Shown here: positions 1 to 7,479 of the stretch, in pieces | How the letters are laid out: each line of letters opens with the position of its first letter | How positions within the stretch are numbered: the stretch's first letter is position 1 | Source: Candidatus Micrarchaeota archaeon | Lineage (GTDB): Archaea; Micrarchaeota; Micrarchaeia; Anstonellales; Bilamarchaeaceae | Direction: 5' to 3' | DNA: 13,955 nucleotides | NCBI GenBank assembly: GCA_018304385.1 | Contig: JAGVWJ010000045.1 | Span: forward strand, 1 to 13,955 | The notes under the pieces: generated by a model | Databases searched by the model: none | What the model saw: only the letters and a program-made list of their open reading frames with translations | What the model was told of the DNA's origin: nothing | Position numbers and translations under genes: made by a program

Positions 1-691
1 CAGTTACGCTTCCATCACCGTTATTATTAGTAATAACTGGGCTAACTGTCACGTTGACAGGCTGACAGGTTGCACATGGCTTGCATGCCTGTGGAACTGA
101 TCTTGGTAGCTGTGGCTTTGGTTTTGGTGGTTCAGGCTTTGGATCGGTCTTTGGTGGCTCTGGTTCAGGTGGTTTTGGCTCTTCTAATAATCTAACGCAT
201 ACTGAAACTATGTGCCCAACCATCTCGTCAAATGCAAGAGTTCTTTCGACCATTACTACTCCATCTAAAGAAAATGTAAACACATATTTTCCATAAGTAA
301 TCGGCACGCTTTGGTTCTGCTCATTCAATAGCACGCGTCTTGTATCATTACCATCGAATGTCACTTGTAAATCAGCAGCTTGTTTATCATAACCTGGTAG
401 ATCGGCAGCTTGTTTATCATAACCTGGTAGATCGCTCATTCTTATGGAGGATATTGTAACTGAAACCGGTAAAGGTGCTGCCAATGTTGCACTTGTCTTA
501 TCTCTAACAAGAACAGGCCCATTAAATACACTGTTACAATCATTTGGTTTCTCATTTGGTTTGCCAGTGCCTGCAATAGTATCTGCCTGAGGTGTTTTTG
601 TCTTAAACCCTGGCTGCGCTTTATAAGTACGATCTGAACATGCAACTGTTGCGAGCATTGTCGCACCAAGTATAGCTGATTTCAATTTCAT
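1..691 (-). CDS. 5' part (230 codons, runs off left edge) of a predicted secreted/lipoprotein-like surface protein with a Pro-rich linker
   Basis: Manual translation from ATG 691 is open to base 2: MKLKSAILGATMLATVAC-SDRTYKAQPG...EEPKPPEPEPPKTDPKPEPPKPKPQLP...ACKPCATCQPVNVTVSPVITNNNGDGSVT. It has a basic N-region, hydrophobic core and lipobox-like TVAC (Cys codon 638-640). GGTGA lies 5 nt upstream and TTTAAAAA at about 725-732. It is absent from the ORF track because no stop falls in the window. Confidence 0.85.
   Translation of the reverse strand, partial: MKLKSAILGATMLATVACSDRTYKAQPGFKTKTPQADTIAGTGKPNEKPNDCNSVFNGPVLVRDKTSATLAAPLPVSVTISSIRMSDLPGYDKQAADLPGYDKQAADLQVTFDGNDTRRVLLNEQNQSVPITYGKYVFTFSLDGVVMVERTLAFDEMVGHIVSVCVRLLEEPKPPEPEPPKTDPKPEPPKPKPQLPRSVPQACKPCATCQPVNVTVSPVITNNNGDGSVT
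375..434. repeat. Perfect 30-bp tandem duplication (2 copies), in frame, encoding DLPGYDKQAA x2
   Basis: GCAGCTTGTTTATCATAACCTGGTAGATCG at 375-404 and again at 405-434. Confidence 0.97.
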
Positions 692-743
692 TTTTATCAC
701 CCAATTATAACTAGTCAAAGGTGCTTTTTAAATGTTAGCTTTA

Positions 744-776
744 CAGACATAAAATCAGCGACAAAAACGACAAAAA
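744..776 (-). terminator. Possible U-tract archaeal terminator region
   Basis: The minus strand reads TTTTTTGTCG-TTTTTGTCG (tandem CGACAAAAA at 759-767 and 768-776 on plus), just downstream of the stop at 793. Confidence 0.35.
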
Positions 777-792
777 ATGTTATTAATTATGA

Positions 793-1623
793 CTATTCTG
801 GTTCTACCCATCCTTCAGAATGGATTACCAGTCCTTTATGATATATGGTAGCTTTTCCGCTTCGATCTATTGAAATATAATTTCCGTGAAGGTATATCTC
901 TCCTCCTTTAGCTCCAGTACCAACAATTGGCCCTCTATCAACATCTCTTCCTGTAACATCACCAAAAATCTCTATTATCCCGCCTTCCATTTTTTCTCCA
1001 ACTACTCCATGTACATCTCCTCTTATTACTACTTTACCACCAGTCATATTATTACCGACACCATCAACTGCAGAGGAAGAGCCATTCACTATAATTAGTC
1101 CACTCTTCATTGAATCTCCAACACCATCCATACTATCTCCTTCTACAATTATACTACCTCCATCCATTCTAATGCCAAGCGATACATCGACATTTCCTTC
1201 GATAATTATATTTTTCGTATTCTCCATACCAAGAAAATGTAATGGGTTTGGAAGATATTTTAATGGCAATCTAAAATTATCATCGCTGCAATTATTTACC
1301 AGTGCACTAATGAAAAACCCTGCACGCCTTTCAAATTCTGTCTGCTCTGTAAACTCCGCAAGCGCAATAACAAATCTTTCAACATCTCTAACAGTATAAT
1401 TAATACCTTTAACCAGCACATCTGCTCCTTTGTATTCAGGATTCTTGCCAACCACCCATCTTGCCTTATATTGGTATCTTTCAAAAGCGTCTTTCAATTT
1501 GGCTAACACCTGATCTTCTTTAACATCAGCTTTTCGAACTTTTTGTTTTTCTTCTGTCTTATACCTATCAAAACCTCTAGCCATTTCAGTACGTGTTCTT
1601 CCTAATTGCGCTCTAACCATCAT
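793..1623 (-). CDS. GXGXG-motif beta-helix protein (GltB C-terminal/FwdC-like fold) with an uncharacterised N-terminal domain
   Basis: Repeated IxIxGD...GxxMxGGxIxIxG units in the C-terminal half. The ORF track starts at TTG 1632 inside the upstream gene; ATG 1623, one nt after the upstream TAA, is more plausible. Confidence 0.8.
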   Translation of the reverse strand: MMVRAQLGRTRTEMARGFDRYKTEEKQKVRKADVKEDQVLAKLKDAFERYQYKARWVVGKNPEYKGADVLVKGINYTVRDVERFVIALAEFTEQTEFERRAGFFISALVNNCSDDNFRLPLKYLPNPLHFLGMENTKNIIIEGNVDVSLGIRMDGGSIIVEGDSMDGVGDSMKSGLIIVNGSSSAVDGVGNNMTGGKVVIRGDVHGVVGEKMEGGIIEIFGDVTGRDVDRGPIVGTGAKGGEIYLHGNYISIDRSGKATIYHKGLVIHSEGWVEPE

Positions 1624-1624
1624 T

Positions 1625-2308
1625 TTAATCAACTTTTGGATAAATTAATTCTCCTTTATGAAAAATTCTTCCGCCCCTTATATCCCCACAAAGACTTCTA
1701 TAAGATCCATTTAGATGTATCTCACCATCTCTCATAAATGCACCAACTTCCATACCAGCATTTCCCCTAATTATGATAGTTCCGCCTTGCATTGCCATTC
1801 CGAGTTGAAAACCAGCGTTTCCTTCTATTGCAATTGTTCCGCTAACCATTTGCATTCCAACCCACATACCAGCATCTCCTGTTATCCTAATATTCTTAGT
1901 ATTTTGATAACCTAAAAAGCAAATATCTTCTTCAAGATGCTCTGTATGAATAATATAATCTGTTTCATTTCCAGCATTTATCAAAGCGCTTAAAAAGAAG
2001 CCAGCCTTACCTGAAAAGAGCGGATCGCTTTGAAATTCTGCTATTGCGATGCTGAATAACTCCACATCTTTCGCGGAATATGCTATCTGTCTTACCAAGC
2101 CCAATATTTCAGGATAATTGCTATCATCTATTACAGCGCCGCTCCATTTATAATTTCTAAAAAGGTCCTTAAGCTGTTGAACTGTTTTATTTTCTTCAAC
2201 TTCTAATTTTCTTACAGGTTGCTTGCGCTCTTTTTTATATCTCCTAAATGGATCGCTAGCCCTGATAGTATCAGTATGTAAATTGCCCCCTCTACCTCTA
2301 GTACGCAT
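1625..2308 (-). CDS. GXGXG-motif beta-helix protein, paralog of 793-1623
   Basis: GDAGMWVGMQMVSGTIAIEGNAGFQLGMAMQGGTIIIRGNAG repeats. It shares F.RYK.E.KQ.VRK, Y...DVE.F.IA.AEF and AGFF.SAL.N motifs with its neighbour. Confidence 0.85.
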   Translation of the reverse strand: MRTRGRGGNLHTDTIRASDPFRRYKKERKQPVRKLEVEENKTVQQLKDLFRNYKWSGAVIDDSNYPEILGLVRQIAYSAKDVELFSIAIAEFQSDPLFSGKAGFFLSALINAGNETDYIIHTEHLEEDICFLGYQNTKNIRITGDAGMWVGMQMVSGTIAIEGNAGFQLGMAMQGGTIIIRGNAGMEVGAFMRDGEIHLNGSYRSLCGDIRGGRIFHKGELIYPKVD

Positions 2309-2331
2309 AGTGTTATTTATGTTAGAATGTG

Positions 2332-2338
2332 TTTATAA
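2332..2338 (-). promoter_or_regulatory. Putative TATA box for the GXGXG pair (leaderless transcript)
   Basis: TTATAAA on the minus strand 24-30 nt upstream of ATG 2308; no SD-like motif in between. Confidence 0.45.
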
Positions 2339-2350
2339 GGGTAACAGGTG

Positions 2351-5242
2351 TTAACTTACCTTTCCTTCCCAACTCTGCTTTAAATTATAAATATCCTCAT
2401 TAATTATGAATTCCTCTACCCTGCGGATAACATATCTTTTATCCCCACGCACACGACCAACCTTAGCAAATGCATTACCAGCAAATGCCTTTTCAAATTT
2501 TTCAGCATTCTCAACCTTAACAGTTACAATAAACCTACCTGCACTTTCAGAAAATAATAAAACATCCTCGCGTTCGCTATCACTCGGTAGTAAGGATATA
2601 TCTAGATCTGCACCATATCCAGCACCAAATGCACATTCTACTAAAGCAACTGCGATTCCGCCATCGCTTACATCATGACAACTTGCAATTAACCCTTCTT
2701 CAATTGCATGCGACAAGCTGTGATAAAGCGGAATAGTTTCGTCTTTGCGCACTACTGGATTCTTGTTTCCAACTCCACCAAATAATTTGAAATACTCACT
2801 TCCGCCCATCTCATCGCGCGTTTTGCCAAGCACATAAATATAATCTCCTGGTTGTTTAAAATCAGAAGTCAGGGCTTTTTGTACATTATCCATTTTACCA
2901 ACTACAGTTACCAAGAGCGTTGGAAGTATTGAATATTTTCTATCAACTATATGATAATCATTTTTCATTGAATCCTTGCCAGATATTAATGGAATGCCAT
3001 AAGCAGTAGTATAATCATATAAAGAAATACATGCTCGAACAAGCTGCGCTAATTTATATTCGCCATCAAGATTGCGCTCGCTTACAACTGGGTCAGGCCA
3101 ACAGAAATTATCCAATGCAGCTAAATATCCATACTTTGCACCAACTGCTAGTGCATTGCGTACTGCCTCATCTAATGCGAGCGCGGCCATATCATAAGCA
3201 TCATGCACAATCTTTGGACATATTCCATGCGCAATTACTAATCCTTCGCTGCTATTTGATAGTGGTTTAATTACTGCTGCATCATTAGGGCCTCGCATAA
3301 TCGGCTTAACAACAGTCATTGCCTTGACTTCGTGATCATATCTACGGATAACGTTTTCTTTGCTTGCTATGTTAGGCAAGGAAAGTAATTTTTTCAGTAC
3401 TTCACCTAAATTCGTCTCGCTTATATTTGGTTCTGGAAATATTTTTCTGTTCCATGCTGCTGATAATTTCATTTGTGGCAATCCTTCATGCAAGAATTTC
3501 ATATCTAGGTAAGCAACAGCAACGTCACGAAATAGTACATGGAATTTACTGCTATGCGTAAATTCGCCAACTACGCTTAGCTCAACATCATGCTTTTTTG
3601 CTAATTTCTTTAGTTCTTCTAATTTTTCAGGTGTAATGGCAAGCGTCATGCGCTCTTGTGATTCGCTAATTAATATTTCCCATGGATCTAAACCAGCATA
3701 TTTTAGCGGGCAACGCTCCAGATAAATCTTACACCCATTGCTAAAGCGAGCAAGTTCGCCAATGCTTGAAGAAAGCCCGCCTGCGCCATTATCAGTTATT
3801 GCTTCGTATAAGCGTGCATCTCTTGCTTCTAAAATAAAATCAAGCATTTTCTTTTGTGTTATTGGATCGCCTATTTGCACAACACTTTGTGGTACTCCTT
3901 CGCTTATTTGTTGCGAGCTAAATGTTGCGCCATGAATACCATCCTTGCCAATTCTTCCACCAACCATTATTGCTAGATAACCTGGCTTAATTATTTTTTC
4001 ATTTGTTCTTCTATCTCCAATACGCGAAGGCATTATACCAACTGTTCCACAATAAACCAATGGCCGTGCAACAAACTCGCGTTCAAATGTAATACTACCA
4101 TTAACAGTAGGAATGCCCATCTTATTCCCACCATCTTGGATGCCACGAATCACGCCTTCGTATATGCGCTTAGGGTGAAGCACACCTTTTGGAATTTCTT
4201 TTTCATTTAAATAGCCAAAGCATAAAACATCCAAATTAGCAATTGGCTCTGCACCTAATCCAGTGCCTAGCACATCACGTTGTACACCTAAAACGCCAGT
4301 AAGCGCACCGCCATATGGATCCAAGGCAGAAGGCGCATTATGTGTTTCTACTTTTACTGCAATATCATACTCGTGATTGAATTTTATTATGCCTCCATTA
4401 TCCTTGAATACGCTTACAACAAATGGCTTGTTTATTGCATCTGTGGCGCCAACAATAAATGTTTTAAATATTGAATTAATTGCATGTGCTTCATTTCCAT
4501 CATCATATTTTATCTTTGCATTGAATATTTTATGCTTGCAATGCTCGCTCCATGTTTGTGCAATTGCCTCTAATTCAACATCTGTAATTTTATTATCCAA
4601 GCCAACGTCTTTTCTTTGCTTTAGCACGCGCTCGTCACGTAAATACTCGCGTACTACTTCCATTTCATCTACGCTTAATGCGAGTAAGCGATCTTTAGCA
4701 AGTAATTCTAGCTTTGCCTTGCTTATGCTTAGGCTTATTTTTTCTACGCGTGGTTCATGCTCGAGTGCAACCTTTGGTAAGTATATATTAGCAGGTTTCA
4801 ATGGTACATGAACAAAATATTTTTCAATCAATGGATTATGTAGCAAGCCAGCAATCTTAATGCATGCATCTTCGCTTATCGAACTAATAGAGTACATTCG
4901 TGAATAATAAACAAAAACCTCTCTACCAAGCGCATCTCTAACAGCTTCTTGCGCGGTTTTTCCAACATTATCTGTTACACCAGGCAATAAACCAATCTCA
5001 ATACGCCACATATCTACATTTGCGGGATTATTATGATGGCACTCTTGAATAATAGAATCAGTAAAGCTTTTTTTGAGTGTTTCAATTTCTTGCTCTGATA
5101 ATTCTGCATCTATATTATAACATTCAACAAAATGTGCAAATTGCAAGTTCAAACCAAGTTCGTCCTTTACCCTAACCCTAAGCTGCTCTGCAACAACATC
5201 TCGAACATTTGGTTTTATTGTGATTTCTAAACGAGCGGGCAT
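2351..5242 (-). CDS. purL: Phosphoribosylformylglycinamidine synthase subunit PurL with an N-terminal PurS-like extension and no glutaminase domain
   Basis: Hallmark motifs QTWSEHCKHKIF, VETHNAPSALDPYGGALTGVLGVQRD, DNGAGGLSSS, ISESQERM, GKDSMKN, HDVSDGG; 963 aa. Confidence 0.97.
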   Translation of the reverse strand: MPARLEITIKPNVRDVVAEQLRVRVKDELGLNLQFAHFVECYNIDAELSEQEIETLKKSFTDSIIQECHHNNPANVDMWRIEIGLLPGVTDNVGKTAQEAVRDALGREVFVYYSRMYSISSISEDACIKIAGLLHNPLIEKYFVHVPLKPANIYLPKVALEHEPRVEKISLSISKAKLELLAKDRLLALSVDEMEVVREYLRDERVLKQRKDVGLDNKITDVELEAIAQTWSEHCKHKIFNAKIKYDDGNEAHAINSIFKTFIVGATDAINKPFVVSVFKDNGGIIKFNHEYDIAVKVETHNAPSALDPYGGALTGVLGVQRDVLGTGLGAEPIANLDVLCFGYLNEKEIPKGVLHPKRIYEGVIRGIQDGGNKMGIPTVNGSITFEREFVARPLVYCGTVGIMPSRIGDRRTNEKIIKPGYLAIMVGGRIGKDGIHGATFSSQQISEGVPQSVVQIGDPITQKKMLDFILEARDARLYEAITDNGAGGLSSSIGELARFSNGCKIYLERCPLKYAGLDPWEILISESQERMTLAITPEKLEELKKLAKKHDVELSVVGEFTHSSKFHVLFRDVAVAYLDMKFLHEGLPQMKLSAAWNRKIFPEPNISETNLGEVLKKLLSLPNIASKENVIRRYDHEVKAMTVVKPIMRGPNDAAVIKPLSNSSEGLVIAHGICPKIVHDAYDMAALALDEAVRNALAVGAKYGYLAALDNFCWPDPVVSERNLDGEYKLAQLVRACISLYDYTTAYGIPLISGKDSMKNDYHIVDRKYSILPTLLVTVVGKMDNVQKALTSDFKQPGDYIYVLGKTRDEMGGSEYFKLFGGVGNKNPVVRKDETIPLYHSLSHAIEEGLIASCHDVSDGGIAVALVECAFGAGYGADLDISLLPSDSEREDVLLFSESAGRFIVTVKVENAEKFEKAFAGNAFAKVGRVRGDKRYVIRRVEEFIINEDIYNLKQSWEGKVS

Positions 5243-5245
5243 AAA

Positions 5246-5488
5246 CTATCTAACTCCAATCAATTGCGCAATAGGTGGTGCGAGTATATAAATTATTATT
5301 AAAATAATTGTTATTACCCAACCATATTTCGCGATTTTTTTGGCGGATTTGTTATCTTTTTTTACAAAAACTATTATTGAGGCTAAAGCGCTAATTATGA
5401 TTAATACAAAGACTAGCATACTTATCCATGAGTTTGATGCTGCTGGAAGCGACCCATGAGGAACTGGTATGATTGTTTCGTTAGGCAT
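5246..5488 (-). CDS. Small two-TM membrane protein, possibly a divergent VirB2-like pilin
   Basis: Two hydrophobic helices separated by KKDNKSAKK. The stop is 3 nt before the purL ATG. ATG 5488 is preferred over GTG 5497. Confidence 0.7.
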   Translation of the reverse strand: MPNETIIPVPHGSLPAASNSWISMLVFVLIIISALASIIVFVKKDNKSAKKIAKYGWVITIILIIIYILAPPIAQLIGVR

Positions 5489-5536
5489 CTTTCTCACGTT
5501 CTAATATCGAGGATAAGAAATTAAAGATTATCTATT

Positions 5537-5956
5537 TTATCTCAAAACCTTTATAATCCCGTCAAAACCAGAATCGAATGTTGCCAAGTAATCGATATTA
5601 TAATGTTTCATTAATGCAATGTTAGAGCAGTCTGTAAAACTTAATCGTTCAAATTTTTTAGAAAGAGACCAAGAAGCAGCAAAAACTTGTTGGTCGACTC
5701 TGTAAAAAGAAGAAGAATTAAGAAAATAATCTCCTATTTCATTTGCCCTTTTATGGCCGACATGCTTTTTTAAAAGGGTAATCGCCTCATCAAAAATATA
5801 ATCAGATATACTTGAAGTTCCGAATGTGCCTTCCGTTATTTCTTTTGCAAGTTCAGTTGCACTATTATTGTTATCATCGTCTAAACTGTAAAATGCAAGA
5901 AGATAAGAGGTATCTAAAAGAACGGATATAAAATCACCTTTTGTAAACCAACTCAT
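5537..5956 (-). CDS. vapC: VapC-family PIN-domain toxin
   Basis: VLLDTS, SDYIFDEA, LSFTDCS and ATFDSGF carry the PIN acidic residues; it lies directly downstream of an RHH gene. The start is ambiguous: ATG 5956 or ATA 5929. Confidence 0.92.
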   Translation of the reverse strand: MSWFTKGDFISVLLDTSYLLAFYSLDDDNNNSATELAKEITEGTFGTSSISDYIFDEAITLLKKHVGHKRANEIGDYFLNSSSFYRVDQQVFAASWSLSKKFERLSFTDCSNIALMKHYNIDYLATFDSGFDGIIKVLR

Positions 5957-6179
5957 CAACACGTTTGCTTAAATCACGTATGCCTGAGTGGAAACCGAGG
6001 CGTCTGGACTCTAAAAGAGTCATCTTCTTTTTCTTTATCGGCCATTTATGCTCAAGCCACATCCTCAAAGCATCCGCTAATGCCTCTCCAAATGTTTTAT
6101 TTTCTCTAACTGCCTCTGCCTTGAACTCCCTTAGAACCTCTTCATCCACATTCCTGAATGTTATATCTATGCTTGTCAT
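5934..6179 (-). CDS. vapB: Ribbon-helix-helix antitoxin (VapB-like)
   Basis: ITFRNVDEEVLREFKAEAV...FGEALADAL is a beta-strand plus two helices pattern; 81 aa from ATG 6179; upstream of vapC. Confidence 0.8.
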   Translation of the reverse strand: MTSIDITFRNVDEEVLREFKAEAVRENKTFGEALADALRMWLEHKWPIKKKKMTLLESRRLGFHSGIRDLSKRVDELVYKR

Positions 6180-6181
6180 AT

Positions 6182-6219
6182 TACGCACCAATGTATGCTT
6201 TGTATGCGTATATTTAAAA
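6182..6219 (-). promoter_or_regulatory. vapB promoter: TATA-like box plus operator-like inverted repeat
   Basis: TTTTAAATA at 6211-6219 (minus); TACGCA-N17-TGCGTA at 6182-6210; TGTATGC direct repeats at 6192 and 6201. Confidence 0.5.
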
Positions 6220-6221
6220 TG

Positions 6222-7004
6222 TTACTGCTTTATCTTACTTCTCCCATTAGGTAGTATTTGTAATAGCTCGTCAGGATGTACACCAAAACGTTTAGCCAAT
6301 TGCTTTGCAAGCTCGCCTTTTTCCTTTCCAGTTTTGCTTGGAATTAACAGAACTTCGTTTTCGAGCTTTTTCTTGGAAACTGCTGGTAGGATAGTTAGTA
6401 TTGGCTCACTGCCCATTGCTGACGGCCCAATGCCAATCTTCAGTTCCAACTTAGTACTTCTAAACCATCTTCTTTCCCCTGCAATAGCAAATCCGCCAGC
6501 AGCAATAAAACCACCATGACTATGTTTTGCAAGCTGTTCTTTGCGAACAGCATAAACATCAACTGCTGCATTTGCATTCTTCCATGCATTGCTAAAGCAT
6601 GCTGCAAACTGTGCTACTTCAAGCATTTCCTGTTCTTCTGCATTCGTTCCATCTTTTAGAAATACTGCACTAGCACCTTGGATGTCAGCATGAAAAAAGA
6701 TATCACTACTTTCCATGTGCTTTGCAAAGAGTAGATCGTTCTGCTGTGCATTCTTGCCACCTATTGCTAGTTTGTTGCTGCTAGTAAAAAACCAATGAAA
6801 TTTCTCATGCCATTTTTTCTCTTTCTTAACTTTAACTTGCTTTTTCTTTTCAGCTGCATCTTTCTCTGCAGCAACAAGCTCTTTTTTTGTTTCTTCTATT
6901 GCCTTTTCTACACCTTTTATCTTCTCTCTGGTTTCCTTTGCCTCTTCGTAGTATATGGCAGCATTTTCATGGACTGATTTGGTAATTTTTAGGTGGAGTT
7001 TCAT
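6222..7004 (-). CDS. Stand-alone NFACT-R (DUF814) RNA-binding protein, equivalent to the C-terminal part of Rqc2/NEMF-family proteins
   Basis: KSVHENAAIYYEEAK coiled coil, KKWHEKFHWFFTS, IGGKNAQQND, DIFFHADIQGAS and AGGFAIAGERRWF match the NFACT coiled-coil and NFACT-R pattern; there are no NFACT-N/HhH domains. Confidence 0.88.
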   Translation of the reverse strand: MKLHLKITKSVHENAAIYYEEAKETREKIKGVEKAIEETKKELVAAEKDAAEKKKQVKVKKEKKWHEKFHWFFTSSNKLAIGGKNAQQNDLLFAKHMESSDIFFHADIQGASAVFLKDGTNAEEQEMLEVAQFAACFSNAWKNANAAVDVYAVRKEQLAKHSHGGFIAAGGFAIAGERRWFRSTKLELKIGIGPSAMGSEPILTILPAVSKKKLENEVLLIPSKTGKEKGELAKQLAKRFGVHPDELLQILPNGRSKIKQ

Positions 7005-7065
7005 TTTTGACGCCTCGAAAATGAAAAGATTTGGGCTATGCTCAAACAGAGTTTCATGCTATTAA

Positions 7066-7097
7066 CTCAATAACATGATTTTAAAAGGTTTATTGAG
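7066..7097. promoter_or_regulatory. Perfect 8-bp inverted repeat straddling a palindromic TATA box between divergent genes
   Basis: CTCAATAA (7066-7073), N16, TTATTGAG (7090-7097), with TTTTAAAA at 7079-7086. Confidence 0.6.
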
Positions 7098-7107
7098 AAG
7101 AAAATTT

Positions 7108-7479
7108 ATGAAAGAAGACGTTTCACTTTGGTTAAAACAATCAGAAGCAGATTTGGATAGTGCAGAATCACTACTTGAAATCAAAAAATATTACGCCTCT
7201 GCATTCTTTTCCCAACAGTCAACAGAGAAAATTCTAAAGGCAGCATGTATAAAAAAATTTAATGAATTGATAAAAATTCACGATTTGGTATTTCTTGCCA
7301 GAAAGCTAAATGCACCCGAGGATATAGTTAATAATTGTAGATACTTAAATAATGTTTATATAGAATCAAGATACCCTAGGGAGATCTATGCACCTGCAGA
7401 AATTTTTTCTGATGAAGATGCCAAAAAAGCAATAAAGTTAGCAAAGGAGGTAATCAAGTGGGCCAAAAAAAATCTATAA
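7108..7479 (+). CDS. HEPN-domain protein (COG2250/sacsin-like type), partner of the MNT
   Basis: WLKQSEADLDSA..LL...Y.ASAFFSQQSTEKILKA, KIHDL, IESRYP. ATG 7108 is preferred to 7075 because the TATA box lies at 7079-7086. Confidence 0.92.
   Translation: MKEDVSLWLKQSEADLDSAESLLEIKKYYASAFFSQQSTEKILKAACIKKFNELIKIHDLVFLARKLNAPEDIVNNCRYLNNVYIESRYPREIYAPAEIFSDEDAKKAIKLAKEVIKWAKKNL

Noticed and set aside
65-85. CxxCxxC as a ferredoxin 4Fe-4S site
   Set aside because: There is no fourth CxxxCP cysteine, and it lies in a secreted protein after a Pro linker.
81-296. Gly/Ser/Phe-rich ORF on the plus strand
   Set aside because: It is the antisense shadow of the Pro/Lys/Glu linker in the minus-strand gene 1-691.
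375-434. CRISPR-like 30-bp repeat
   Set aside because: Two abutting copies with no spacer, in frame within a CDS, and no cas genes.
793-2308. Calling the GXGXG genes fwdC or gltB
   Set aside because: Only the repeat fold is shared; they have an extra N-terminal domain and no partner subunits in the window.
442-4811. Short track ORFs 442-669, 886-1098, 1172-1399, 1296-1484, 1715-1915, 2406-2678, 3031-3270, 3738-3935, 4377-4811
   Set aside because: All lie wholly within well-supported genes in other frames or strands and show no motifs.
7066-7097. Xer/dif recombination site for the HEPN-MNT cassette
   Set aside because: dif sites have 11-bp arms around a 6-bp spacer; here the spacer is 16 bp, and the site is internal rather than at the cassette ends.
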